This document shows, piece after piece, positions 9,973 to 20,063 of a stretch of 64,000 nt of DNA. The DNA is from an uncultured archaeon (GTDB lineage: Archaea; Thermoproteota; Bathyarchaeia; Bathyarchaeales; Bathycorpusculaceae), in assembly GCA_963782915.1 (NCBI GenBank), contig CAWALK010000018.1:96001-160000 (forward strand), read 5' to 3'. The position numbers and the translations under genes are program-made. Numbering within the stretch: position 1 is the first letter of the stretch; each line of letters begins with the position of its first letter. The notes under the pieces were generated by a model. It saw only the letters and a program-made list of their open reading frames with translations. It did no database searches and was not told the DNA's origin.

Positions 9973-10617
9973 ATGCACAAAATCACGATTAAACAACCAA
10001 ACACCAAAAAACCAACCCACAAACCTCACCACAGCCAACTGGAGGTTGCTGCCTTGAAGTTTTGGCCCCAGAAAAGGTGGAAAAAAATCGTGCTAACAAC
10101 GCTTCTCATCGCGTTAGCAGTTCTTGGCAGCATCGGAGCATACCTCGAATATAGCGTTTATCGGGAAGTTTCAACAGAAACAGAAGTGTTGAATGCACAG
10201 GGCGCAAAAACAGCGTTGGTAATTTATCACCCTGGATTAAGCGACTACGCCAAAAACACAACCTACACTTACGCCGAGGCATTGGCTTCCGCTGGTTGGC
10301 GCGTTGAAATCGCAACTGCAAACCCACAAGCCCCAACTGAGCTCTCGAAGTATTCGCTGCTGGTATTGGGCTGGGCAATCTATGACTTCAACCCCGCACC
10401 AACAATCACCAACCAAATCCACCGCTTCACAAACCTAAACGGCATCAACACAACAATCATAATAATGGGCGGAGGCATAGACCCCTTCAACGTCAAAGAC
10501 GCAATGACCAAAACAGTTCAAGACGCCAACGGAACAGTCATCCAAACCATCACATCGTTTAGGAGCCAACGCAACTTCGATTTGCTCCAAGAACAAGCAG
10601 CCAAATTAACCCTGTAA
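9973..10617 (+). CDS. Membrane-anchored flavodoxin-fold protein (true start probably TTG near 10053)
   Basis: N-terminal TM then KTALVIYHPG..LSKYSLLVLGWAIY flavodoxin-like pattern; GGAGGT precedes the TTG. Confidence 0.55.
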   Translation: MHKITIKQPNTKKPTHKPHHSQLEVAALKFWPQKRWKKIVLTTLLIALAVLGSIGAYLEYSVYREVSTETEVLNAQGAKTALVIYHPGLSDYAKNTTYTYAEALASAGWRVEIATANPQAPTELSKYSLLVLGWAIYDFNPAPTITNQIHRFTNLNGINTTIIIMGGGIDPFNVKDAMTKTVQDANGTVIQTITSFRSQRNFDLLQEQAAKLTL

Positions 10618-10627
10618 GGTTTAAGCA

Positions 10628-11132
10628 ATGAATAAGAAAGCATTGGATTCCCTCGGGCATAAGCGCACTGCGACTTGCAGCCCTGCCCCTCTTCGTTTAC
10701 CTCTACAGCCTCAGCAACATAGCGGCTTGTTTGGTTGTGCTTGTGTTTTGTGCAGCCACCGACTACTTCGACGGCTACTATGCACGCAAACTAAATGTAG
10801 CCTCCAAGTTCGGCGCCTACTTCGACGCCACAACCGACTTCACCTTAATGATTGGCATATTCGCATTCTTCACCCTCGAAGGATATTACTCCATCGGATT
10901 GGTGCTCGTCATAGCAGCCGCTTTCATCCAGTTTATAATCACAAGCGTCTACGCCAAAAAACTCTACGACCCAGTGGGCAGATACCTTGGCAGCGCCCTC
11001 TACATCGGCGTCGTCCTAACCCTGCTATTCCCAATGGAGGCGATCTTTAGTTTTGTGCAATACGCATTTGCTGGGTTCTTTTTGGTTTCGCTTGGGAGCC
11101 GAATCTGGAGTTTAACAAAAAAGAATCCGTAG
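10628..11132 (+). CDS. CDP-alcohol phosphatidyltransferase family protein; frameshift near the 5' end
   Basis: TDYFDGYYARKL..SKFGAYFDATTD = DG(x2)AR(x8)G(x3)D(x3)D signature. Confidence 0.85.
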
Positions 11133-11139
11133 AGCGCTT

Positions 11140-12408
11140 CTACTTTTTTCGCCAAAACACAAACGTTCCAGCAATAGCGGCAGCCAACACCAATTCAGAA
11201 ACACCTATCGCCATAAACTCAACCGAGCCCGTTTTGGGGTAATCGAGTTTTGCTAGCCAAACCGACTGGTTTTCTGATGCAACCATTATGTAGCCGCCGT
11301 CTTTGGCGTTTATGATTGTGTTAAAGTTTGCTTCTAACCCAACTGGCAAAGTGACATCGGAGAGTGTGGTATTCCAGAATGGCTGCCCCATGTTATCGGT
11401 CAAGATGATACCCGTGCGGTTTTGGCTCTGATATTCTACGAGTAAGTACCCCTTTGATGTTTGGAGGGCACTAACGATGGCGCACCAGTCCGTACCATAG
11501 GTTTGGTTCCACTGCATTGCGCCGTCACCATCAACTTTAACGACCCATGCGGGCTTCTGCCACAGATAACCGCCCATCAAATACCCGCCGTCACTGGTTG
11601 TTATGGCGAAGTTGCACTCAGGCTGGTAATAATACCCATATCCACCATAAGTCGAGTTGGCAAGTACACGTCCGTCTGCATCCAATTTTATGAGTCGGTA
11701 GAATGCTTGGTTGGGAACAAACGAGTAGCTAGTACCCGCCAATACGTATCCGCCGTCGGAGGTTTGAATGATCCTTGAAGGACAATCAGCGATAGGCCCC
11801 GAAATATTTCTGCTCCACTGCATGCTACCCGCTGAATCGGTTTTAACAAACCAAATCCAACCCAAACTGTCTTCGGCTGGCTCCCCAAACCCTGCAAAAG
11901 CAAACCCGCCGTCGCTGGTCTCTATGATGGACATGAAATAGTTTACTGGGGCGCCTGAATTGTATGTTTTAGTCCATTGGATGTTTCCCTGCGAATCCGT
12001 CTTCACCAAGGTATACTGGTTATCGACGATTCCAGCTAAGAGAAAACCGCCGTCACGCAGCGCCAGCAGTCGCGGGAGAGCGGTGCTGTTTTGGCCGATT
12101 TGAATCGACTGAGTCCACAACAAACGGTAATTCGGGTCGAGTTTTGTTAGAAAAGTACATGTTTGATTAACGCTGTTTAATACCAAACTTCCGTCCCCCA
12201 ATTGGTATACATTGTAACCGACAACTCCAGGCAGATTAGCCCTGTAATTCAACAGGAGCCGACAACATGCTATAATTCGGGGTTTGGGCGTCAATAAGCA
12301 TCAGAGATAAGGATGAAACTAATAGCACTGCAATCAACGCTACCCAGAAAGCTTTTTTTGTTTTAGATTTCGATTTTTGTTGCGTCCGCTAAATCCCTCA
12401 GTCACCAT
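11140..12408 (-). CDS. Secreted, membrane-anchored beta-propeller-like repeat protein; frameshift near the N-terminus
   Basis: Repeated T(S)DGGY/F..AG and LVKTDS.G...W units; C-terminal TM with basic tail; signal-like segment at 12300-12408. Confidence 0.7.
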
Positions 12409-12443
12409 ACTACAGCATCCGATAAAATATTACTCTAATGTTG

Positions 12444-12468
12444 GAACATACCGTTCCAGACTTGGAAC
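12444..12468. promoter_or_regulatory. Three-part operator GAAC-N5-GTTC-N8-GAAC
   Basis: Same spacing as 17464-17488; lies between the beta-propeller gene and the radical SAM gene. Confidence 0.45.
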
Positions 12469-12535
12469 ACAGTGAAACTCAAAACTTTATGTATTGAATC
12501 ATCTATTGCCTCATCTTGTACGGTCGATACGTCAA

Positions 12536-13569
12536 TTGGGGCAAAATAGCTTTAGCAAAATTCGAGTTTCCGTAGGCACCGCAATTGTTCTGGGGCTTTT
12601 AGATGGCAAATTGGATGCGGCACCAACAACCGCCTACCTAATGACTTATCGGGAAGGCAAATGCACATGCTAACTGTGGCTTCTGTCCCCAAGCGCGAGA
12701 GAGCAAAAGCAGCAGCCAACTCCTTTCCCGAGTTACATGGCCAACTTTTCCAACCCTCGAAGTGTTAAATGCACTTACTGTTGCGGTTGAACAGAAAAAA
12801 ATCGGGCGCGTCTGCATACAAGCGCTAAACTACCCAGAAGTATTCACTGAACTTGAAGCGCTCGTGGTAGAAATCAAAAAGCGTTGTTCAGTTGCAGTTT
12901 CGGTTTCTTGTCAACCACAAACCAAACAAAACATAGAACGCTTGAAGGCAAGCGGGCGTTGACAGGTTGGGTATTGCTTTGGATGCAGCAACAGAATCTG
13001 TATTCAATCGAGTCAAAGGTGCAGGTGTCGGGGGCTGTTATAGCTGGGAAACCCAGTTTTCTTTGTTCTCTGAAGCTTTATCGGTTTTTGGCAAAGGCAA
13101 TGTTAGTACGCATGTGATTGTGGGGTTAGGCGAAACCGAGAAGGAAGCTGTGGAAATTGTTCAGAGGTGTGTTGATTTGGGGGTTTTGCCTGCACTGTTC
13201 GCTTTTACACCAGTGCGAGGGACGGCATTGGAGGGATATTTGCCGCCGAAATTGGAATCGTATAGGCGAATTCAGCTTGCCCGATACCTAATAGTCAACG
13301 GCAAAACAGAGGCAAGCAAGATCGGTTTTGATGTTAACGGCAAAATCGTAAGCTATGGAGTACCCCAAGAAGCCATAGAACCCATAATCGAAGACGGCGC
13401 ACCCTTCCGCACATCAGGCTGTCCCGACTGCAACCGACCCTACTACAACGAAAAACCAAGCGGACCCATCTACAACTACCCCAAAAAACAAAACAAAGAA
13501 GAAATAAAGAAAATAAAAACACGAATTAGGGTACTAATTGATCAGCGGTTTGCGAAGGCGACTTCTTAG
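12536..13569 (+). CDS. Radical SAM protein, LipS2-like (archaeal lipoyl synthase subunit); frameshifts near 12668 and 12957
   Basis: Reconstructed GKC.ANCGFCPQ CxxxCxxC; C-terminal TSGCPDCNRP matches the TxGCPxC(N/D)RP motif described for LipS2. Confidence 0.65.
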
Positions 13570-14875
13570 CTGATTTTGGCAGCTTGGGGCGCTGGCGTGT
13601 CACTTGCTCAACTAGATGCCAGAACTCATCCATCGTGTAACCCTTGAGTAGGTCCTTCATGAGTTTCTTGACTTGGTAGTACGTCATTTGTGCTTCGCCC
13701 TTGTCGAGGCTTTCCTGTGGACCCTTTATGCGTCGGAACAATTCGTCCATTTGGCGTGGTGAAGCTCTGATGCCTGCTTTCTCGAGTAGTTTCTGAATCA
13801 GCGTTTGACCTGTGTTTCTGCCGATGAATATCATGGTTTCTCTGCCCACGATTTCAGGTGGGAACGGTTCAAAGACCAGTGGCTGCTGCATCATTTCTTC
13901 GACTTCTTCTTCGACTTCGTGGGTGAAGATGTTTTCGCCGATGATGGGTTTGTGGAATTGGATTGGCATGGCAAAGGCTTTTTCGGCTGATTGTGCGATG
14001 CGGTAGATTTTGCCCATGTCTATGCCTGTGTCGATGTTGTAGAGTAGTTCAGCGGTTGTTACTACTTCTTCGAAGGGTGCGATGCCTGCGCGTTCGCCAA
14101 ATCCAGCGATGCAGGTGTGCAGGATTGAGACGCCTTCTTCCATGGCGGCTAAGGTGTTTGCGGAAGCTAAGCCGAAGTCGTTGTGGCAGTGGATTGAGAG
14201 GTTTGCTTTCTTCTTCACTGCTTCAGGTAAGCCGTCGCGGATGTGAGATACCAAGTAACGCATGGAGAGTGGCCGTATGAAGCCGACGCTGTCTGCGATG
14301 GCTAATCGGATTGCTCCAGCGTTTGCGGCTGCTTCGAAAACTTGAAGTATATCTTCCAGCGGTGTTCTGGTGGCATCCATGAGTGTAAAGTTCACGGTTG
14401 TACCATGCTTCTTACAGTAGTCGATGGAGTCAACGATACGCTGTACTGCCTGCTCCTTAGTCATCTTTAACTTATACTGTAAGTTTAAGCCGTTGACGGG
14501 TGATTCCAAAGTGATTTCTTTTATACCGCATTCTATGCAGGCGTTCAAACTGTTTTTGGTAGGTTCAGCTGAAGCAGTAAGTTTAGCGTGAACGAAGCTT
14601 TCGTTTACTATACGCTTGACTGTGCGGCGTTCATCTTCTGATAGTGCGGGGAACCCGACGTTAATTACAGTGACGCCGGCTTCATCCATCAACTTTGCGA
14701 GCCTAACCTGCTCAACATAAGTTAAGTAAACCGTCGGTGCCTTGATGCCTTCACGGAAGGTTTCATCCCAGATGAATACGCGGTCTGGTAGTTTAGGCGG
14801 CAGGTTCTTTCGTAGACGGTTATAATTAGCTATTAATCCCTGCGCTTCTAGTTTTTTGAATATGGTCTTCCTCAT
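13526..14875 (-). CDS. 2-isopropylmalate/homocitrate/citramalate synthase family (DRE-TIM) protein
   Basis: WDETFREG, IADSVG, HCHNDFGLA.AN, GFGERAG, HKPIIGEN.F.HE. Confidence 0.85.
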   Translation of the reverse strand: MRKTIFKKLEAQGLIANYNRLRKNLPPKLPDRVFIWDETFREGIKAPTVYLTYVEQVRLAKLMDEAGVTVINVGFPALSEDERRTVKRIVNESFVHAKLTASAEPTKNSLNACIECGIKEITLESPVNGLNLQYKLKMTKEQAVQRIVDSIDYCKKHGTTVNFTLMDATRTPLEDILQVFEAAANAGAIRLAIADSVGFIRPLSMRYLVSHIRDGLPEAVKKKANLSIHCHNDFGLASANTLAAMEEGVSILHTCIAGFGERAGIAPFEEVVTTAELLYNIDTGIDMGKIYRIAQSAEKAFAMPIQFHKPIIGENIFTHEVEEEVEEMMQQPLVFEPFPPEIVGRETMIFIGRNTGQTLIQKLLEKAGIRASPRQMDELFRRIKGPQESLDKGEAQMTYYQVKKLMKDLLKGYTMDEFWHLVEQVTRQRPKLPKSAKKSPSQTADQLVP

Positions 14876-15068
14876 TTAGACACATTCCAATAATGTGAGC
14901 AAATTAGTTATGTTTAATTTGCAAATGCCTATATAAAACTGCATCTATATTTTTCGAACGCATATTCAGTTTTTGACTAAAAAAACGTTTTTTTCTCAAT
15001 AAAACCTATAGTGCAAAAGTCTTAAGTGCAAAAACAACCAATCTACTTACCTCTGGGAAGGAAGCACA

Positions 15069-15287
15069 ATGAGCAGTCTCAAAACAACTGTTGACAAAAT
15101 CAAGAGTTTAGAAGAGGAAAAAAGAAATCTTTTACTTGAAATTGAATCACTCAGAAAACAGGCAGAGTCAAGAGCCAACACGTTGGAGAATGAAGTGGGC
15201 GCTTTGCGGGAAGAAGTAAAATCGCTTAAAATCATAGTGAATGGACCAGCCCCTGAATCGCCTGTGCCAAATAAAATACAAGTATAG
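15069..15287 (+). CDS. Small coiled-coil protein
   Basis: Heptad-rich 72-aa ORF with purine-rich upstream sequence. Confidence 0.6.
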   Translation: MSSLKTTVDKIKSLEEEKRNLLLEIESLRKQAESRANTLENEVGALREEVKSLKIIVNGPAPESPVPNKIQV

Positions 15288-15350
15288 CCAGTTAAGCTCT
15301 CAAAAATTGGATAAAGAAAAGAGTGCACGACTTAAAGCCATTTTTAGGGT

Positions 15351-15698
15351 CTAATTAACAGCCACTTTATCCATACTTGGTCTATCGTAACCAGATAGGT
15401 CAACCCTCAATTTTACAGCTTTAACCACTGAAACCCAAGCAACCACAAAAAGCCCCACAAACAACGCTACAAACAAACCCAAAAAAATGAGATCGCCAGT
15501 CCAAAACAGTTGGATAAGAAGCAAAGTACCTAATCCGCCGCCTACTCCCCCAATCGCACCGCCAATAGCGCTGTTGGTATCTTTGTTTTCTACTCTAAGC
15601 TTTGAGTGGCAGGTGGAACATGTGATTGCATTGTAGTTGGTGAGCACCAAGAGTTTTCTGGCTTGAATGCTGCTGCCACAGTTCGGACAAACAACCAT
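15351..15698 (-). CDS. Zn-ribbon membrane protein (CxxC-20-CxxC, 2 TM)
   Basis: CPNC and CSTC followed by two hydrophobic helices. Confidence 0.7.
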   Translation of the reverse strand: MVVCPNCGSSIQARKLLVLTNYNAITCSTCHSKLRVENKDTNSAIGGAIGGVGGGLGTLLLIQLFWTGDLIFLGLFVALFVGLFVVAWVSVVKAVKLRVDLSGYDRPSMDKVAVN

Positions 15699-15739
15699 TC
15701 TTTTTTACTCCAAATTTCATAGTTCAAGTTTACGGTTAT

Positions 15740-16201
15740 TTCTATTACTTGTTTTTTCTTGCCATTCTCATTTCTTGTTTTTTTGCGCAGCCACATACCC
15801 TCAGTTAAAAAAGTAGCATTGCAATAGCCGTCGGTGCAATTAAATAAAACAGGTACAAATTGGGGTTTCTCCATTTGTAAAAAGGGCAATGCAATCACTA
15901 ATGTTTCAACGACGAGGATGCCAACGAAGAAAAATGCGTAGCAAATAAGCCGTGGCACCAGGGTTTTTCCGACCCAGAGGTGCCCGCTTATGTTGATTTT
16001 TTCTTTGATTGCATATTCGCCATATTCATTTTTGGTGATTAAGCCAAGTGTTTCAAGTTTTTGGAGGTGCCAATGTGCAACGCTTGGGCTGCTTAGACCA
16101 GCGAGGCGCATGGTTTCGCGTGGGCCCAATGGTTTGTCTTCTTTAACCATGCAGGAGTAAACGTTCAGGGTTGTGCCTTCGAGTTCTTCAACGTTTGTCA
16201 T
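15740..16201 (-). CDS. Membrane-anchored winged-helix regulator; 3' end uncertain (compensating frameshifts)
   Basis: LEGTTLNVY..PLGPRE..GLSSPSVAHWHLQKLE..GLI HTH followed by TM helices; coupled to the upstream gene by ATGA overlap. Confidence 0.7.
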
Positions 16202-17412
16202 GGCTGGTCATCCTGTTTGATGTATAATTCGACGCCGTCAGCTCGAACTTGGAAATATTGATTCTGAGATAATGCCGCGTTGTATAGGTACCCGTCGGAG
16301 GTTTTTTGGAGAGCAACGGTTTTTATGCAAAACGCTGAGTAAACAGTGTCGGTGTAGGTTCCGTTGACGGGCATGTTTGTGATATAGCTTGTAACAGACC
16401 CATAGAGGTCCAATTGGCCAGTATCCATGAGGGTAACTGTCTGGTTGACGCCGGCTAAGTCGCTGTTTAGGGTTGTGTTGCCTGTAAACATGATAAGCCT
16501 TGATTGGTGGGGCAGCCAAGCTCTGTCAAAACCTTTGCCGCCTATCCAACGGAGGGCTTGACCCATACCTCCGCCCATATACCATCCGCTGAACTTTGTC
16601 ATCGGAAGCCCGGCACTGGCATTTCCGGAACCGCCATAGAGAGGAACACTGGGGGTTAATACCAGATTTGCTAATGTGTTTGTGGATATGACCATGGGTT
16701 TTGGATTGTACGGTTGAACTCTTCCAGTAACATCTACCCATGCGCCGTTGATGTAAATGTGAGTAGCCACTAAATCTGTACTGGAATAGTACTCGGCGAT
16801 TGGAACCCCTTCCATCCATATGCCGTTTTCTGAAGCGTTTTCTGGCAAAGAGGGAATATTTGACTGAGTGGTATGCTGGGAGTTCAGTATGTGCATGACA
16901 TTGTAAGGGTAGTCGGTGCCGGGAATCCATGTAGTATTTAGCAATTCACCATCGAGATAAATTGCTTCAACTACGCCGCCATAGTTGGGGCCTCTATCGG
17001 GTATAGAACCTAAACTAAATGATGTACCGCCTAGGACTGAATCAATGGTTCTTATGCTGTGGGCTGCATCAAAACCTGCCTCATACATGTAACCGATGTT
17101 ATCTGAGATGTTAGTTATGTTAGCTACAACGGTGTAGGATACGTTTGTATCCTGTAGGATTCTGGTTCTAGCCTCATATGTTACGTTGCCAACAAACCCA
17201 TAACTTGGAACAGATTCTGTAAGGTTTCTTTGACCCTGGATTATAGTAAAGTTAGCGTATACAATATCTATGCTAAAGGTTGCTTTGGGGCCCTCAGGAA
17301 CCCGCGGATAAGGCTGAACATCAAGCGGCGCAACAAGCATCGGTGCAGCAAACGCCGTACCACTAAGCAAAGCCAAAACTGCGACTGCAATTAGTTTGTA
17401 CTTGAACTCCAT
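16198..17412 (-). CDS. Secreted hypothetical protein
   Basis: Signal peptide (LIAVAVLALLSGTAFA) and many N-x-S/T sequons. Confidence 0.7.
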   Translation of the reverse strand: MEFKYKLIAVAVLALLSGTAFAAPMLVAPLDVQPYPRVPEGPKATFSIDIVYANFTIIQGQRNLTESVPSYGFVGNVTYEARTRILQDTNVSYTVVANITNISDNIGYMYEAGFDAAHSIRTIDSVLGGTSFSLGSIPDRGPNYGGVVEAIYLDGELLNTTWIPGTDYPYNVMHILNSQHTTQSNIPSLPENASENGIWMEGVPIAEYYSSTDLVATHIYINGAWVDVTGRVQPYNPKPMVISTNTLANLVLTPSVPLYGGSGNASAGLPMTKFSGWYMGGGMGQALRWIGGKGFDRAWLPHQSRLIMFTGNTTLNSDLAGVNQTVTLMDTGQLDLYGSVTSYITNMPVNGTYTDTVYSAFCIKTVALQKTSDGYLYNAALSQNQYFQVRADGVELYIKQDDQP

Positions 17413-17463
17413 ACGCTACCACTGAAAGCAATGTTGGAATAGTGCTTATTAGCTCTGGCTATA

Positions 17464-17488
17464 GAACGCCTTGTTCTACTGGCAGAAC
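17464..17488. promoter_or_regulatory. Three-part operator GAAC-N5-GTTC-N8-GAAC
   Basis: TAGAAC-GCCTT-GTTCTA palindrome plus a third GAAC, same spacing as 12444-12468. Confidence 0.45.
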
Positions 17489-17501
17489 GCGGAAAGCGGA
17501 G

Positions 17502-18359
17502 TTAAGTGGGGGAAGAGGGAGTTCTCTGCATTAGAGAGTTTACTGCTTGAGCAAGCGTATTGCACGCGGTTTGTCTGGCTTCTGTGGATGTATCGGTTTC
17601 GAGTTTCTCCAGTTCCTTATGTAAGCGATCCGAGGTTTCATTTAGTTCCTGCTTGCGTTTCTCATAGTTGTCATGCAGTTTTTCCTGTTCAACCTTAAAA
17701 GTCTCCACTGAAATCTCTAACTCGTTCTTGGTGGCTTTGAGTTTCTGGGTGGTTTGCGTTAATCTTTCTGCGGCTTGACGTTTTTCTTTGAATTTGAAGA
17801 AACCGACTTTTACGTCTTGCTGGCTAGCTAAGTCGTCCTCTAATTCGTGAACAGTGGCGCTTAAGCGTTGGAGTTCAGTATTGCGTCTGTTGCTAAGCTC
17901 ACGTGTTTTCTCCGCATATTCCTTGTCGGCATCTGAGATTTTATGGTTGTTTTCTTCGAGGGCTTTAGCTTCCTCTGTTAGGTTGGATTCTGCGAGTCTA
18001 TCCTCGGCTAAGGCGGCTTCAACGTCTGAGAAAACCTGCGCCCGCGTCTTTTGGAATTGTTCATCTACAGATATCGTTGGGTTGGATTCAAATTCTGAAA
18101 CAACTTGGCTTAGATTAACTAACCAATCATCAAAGTATTGACTAAAGGGTGATAGAGCGAAAATTTGGTTACCAAGCCTGTTAATGCCTCCTAATGTTCG
18201 CTCGGCAACTTGTTTTGCGGAGACTTCAGGGGTTTCTTCTTGGAGATATTTAGCGGTTTGTTTTTGCTTTTTCTCTTTTGATTTCTTTTCACGCGTGGTT
18301 TTGGATGGTTGTCTGCCTGTGCCCTTGCGGCCTGTTTGTGATCTGAAAGTCATAATCAA
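17502..18359 (-). CDS. Long coiled-coil hypothetical protein
   Basis: 285 aa with E/K/Q-rich heptads; internal FALSPFSQYFDDWL motif. Confidence 0.7.
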   Translation of the reverse strand: MIMTFRSQTGRKGTGRQPSKTTREKKSKEKKQKQTAKYLQEETPEVSAKQVAERTLGGINRLGNQIFALSPFSQYFDDWLVNLSQVVSEFESNPTISVDEQFQKTRAQVFSDVEAALAEDRLAESNLTEEAKALEENNHKISDADKEYAEKTRELSNRRNTELQRLSATVHELEDDLASQQDVKVGFFKFKEKRQAAERLTQTTQKLKATKNELEISVETFKVEQEKLHDNYEKRKQELNETSDRLHKELEKLETDTSTEARQTACNTLAQAVNSLMQRTPSSPT

Positions 18360-18446
18360 ACCAGTTGGCGAAGGAAATATTTAAAGAATCGCACAGTCCG
18401 CGGTTAAGCGGTTGTGTGGTACCCATGCGGGTCAGGTTTGTTTTCT

Positions 18447-19400
18447 TTAGCGTTTTGCGTTTTTTGGGTGTTTTTTGGGTTCAGGGGTTCTGCTTTGCGC
18501 TGTTTTGGATTTGCGTTTTTGGATAAGAAGCAGAGCAGCTATTACAGCAACTATTGCCACTGCGATGACTACCCCGTAGATTATGTTTTGATCATTCCCC
18601 GTGCTGTTTCCTGATTCCACGCTTGATGGGTTAACATTTGATGGTTCCACGGTTCCGCCTGGAATAGGTGTTGAGGTTTCATTGATTACTGGGGCAGCGC
18701 CTGTAAGTTTGGGTGATTTTACCTGGACCAGTAAGCTGTAGGATTTTATGATTTTGTCGGAGGATACAATTGTCTGGTTTAAGTCGTAGGCTGGAACGTC
18801 AAAGGTTGCGCTTGCCCCAGCAGCTATTGAGGTGTTAAAGCTTTTGACGCCTACTGCGATGGGAATGCCCGCTGAATTGTAGAAAGTTCCAATTACAGCC
18901 ACATTTGTTGCTGTTTGGGTGCCAACGTTTTTGAGTTCTCCATGTGCCCAGTATTCACCGTTAGCTTTTGGTGCGCCCTGTTGGCTAGTAATCGTTACGT
19001 TTTGGTATAGGTATTGGTTGGTAGCTACTGCATGGTAAACTTTGAGGGTTATATCGCTGGTATCTATATCGCTAAATGTGGCGCTCTGTGAGTAGAATTC
19101 TAAGTAGAAGGGTGCTTTTTGTCCTGGTAGAAGGTTATTTCCCCAGAGGCTGTTGCCTGTTTCTGTTTGGGTGCCATCCGAGGAGGTTGCTAATCCTGCG
19201 ATGGTAACATTATCGATGACGTTTAAACCTGTATTTTGAACTTCGCCGACTACACATAAGTTGCCAAGGGAGTCCACATAGGAGCTGTAGTTTAGAATTT
19301 TTATGTCTGCTTCAGTTTGGCTTTTAGCACTTGGAATTAAAGTTAATGTTAAAGAAGATATTACAAGCAAAACTAGTAAACAGCTTATTGCTTTTTTCAT
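18447..19400 (-). CDS. Secreted FxLYD-type Ig-like domain surface protein with C-terminal TM anchor
   Basis: Signal peptide; two VVGEVQNTG / HGELKNVG..V.V..TFYN..G repeats; TM and basic tail. Confidence 0.7.
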   Translation of the reverse strand: MKKAISCLLVLLVISSLTLTLIPSAKSQTEADIKILNYSSYVDSLGNLCVVGEVQNTGLNVIDNVTIAGLATSSDGTQTETGNSLWGNNLLPGQKAPFYLEFYSQSATFSDIDTSDITLKVYHAVATNQYLYQNVTITSQQGAPKANGEYWAHGELKNVGTQTATNVAVIGTFYNSAGIPIAVGVKSFNTSIAAGASATFDVPAYDLNQTIVSSDKIIKSYSLLVQVKSPKLTGAAPVINETSTPIPGGTVEPSNVNPSSVESGNSTGNDQNIIYGVVIAVAIVAVIAALLLIQKRKSKTAQSRTPEPKKHPKNAKR

Positions 19401-19581
19401 TAAACGGTACCCTTCATGTCCTTTTATACGGTTTAAAGCAAGAAATCAGGGGTGTGGTATAAAATGGTTTTTCCAAATTAGTTCCAAAGTAAGAAATAAA
19501 AGATTAAGCAGGATGGGTTTGATTTTTGCATCGTAATTTTTAAAAGCAAAGACGCCTCCTAGCTGCTTAGGAACGCTTGCA

Positions 19582-20037
19582 ATGTCTGTAAAATTACGTC
19601 CCTATGTAGTTTTCCTTCCAGTAGAGAAGAAAGATAAAATTCTATCCGCCATATTCGGCTCCAAAGCAGGCGTCGATATCCTACGTTACTCACTAAAACA
19701 GGGCATATCCAAAAACATTTACCAAAAGGACCTCGTAACCAAACTTAACTACTCCAATAAAACCATCATCGAAAACCTCAAATCCCTCACATCTCTTGGC
19801 GTTTTAAACGAGAGTATGGAGAAAAATGATAAAGAGGGTCGAATCATCTGGATAAAAGTCTACCAACTCACAAACTTAGGCAGATGGTTTGCGCTTCTTT
19901 TAGCTGAAGAACAAGAAATTACGGCAGAAGAAAAAACCGAGATCCTACAGAGCCTATTTCCGCACCTACGTCAAACAAGTCAAGCGTTTAGCAGAGGAAA
20001 TCGGTATCAACAAGAAGATGCTGGAAGAAACGTTTAG
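19582..20037 (+). CDS. Winged-helix DNA-binding protein (3' frameshift likely)
   Basis: YQKDLVTKLNYSNKTIIENLKSL..LGVL...YQLT..GRW. Confidence 0.65.
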   Translation: MSVKLRPYVVFLPVEKKDKILSAIFGSKAGVDILRYSLKQGISKNIYQKDLVTKLNYSNKTIIENLKSLTSLGVLNESMEKNDKEGRIIWIKVYQLTNLGRWFALLLAEEQEITAEEKTEILQSLFPHLRQTSQAFSRGNRYQQEDAGRNV

Positions 20038-20063
20038 AGAAGAAATGAAAAGCAACCCCTAAA

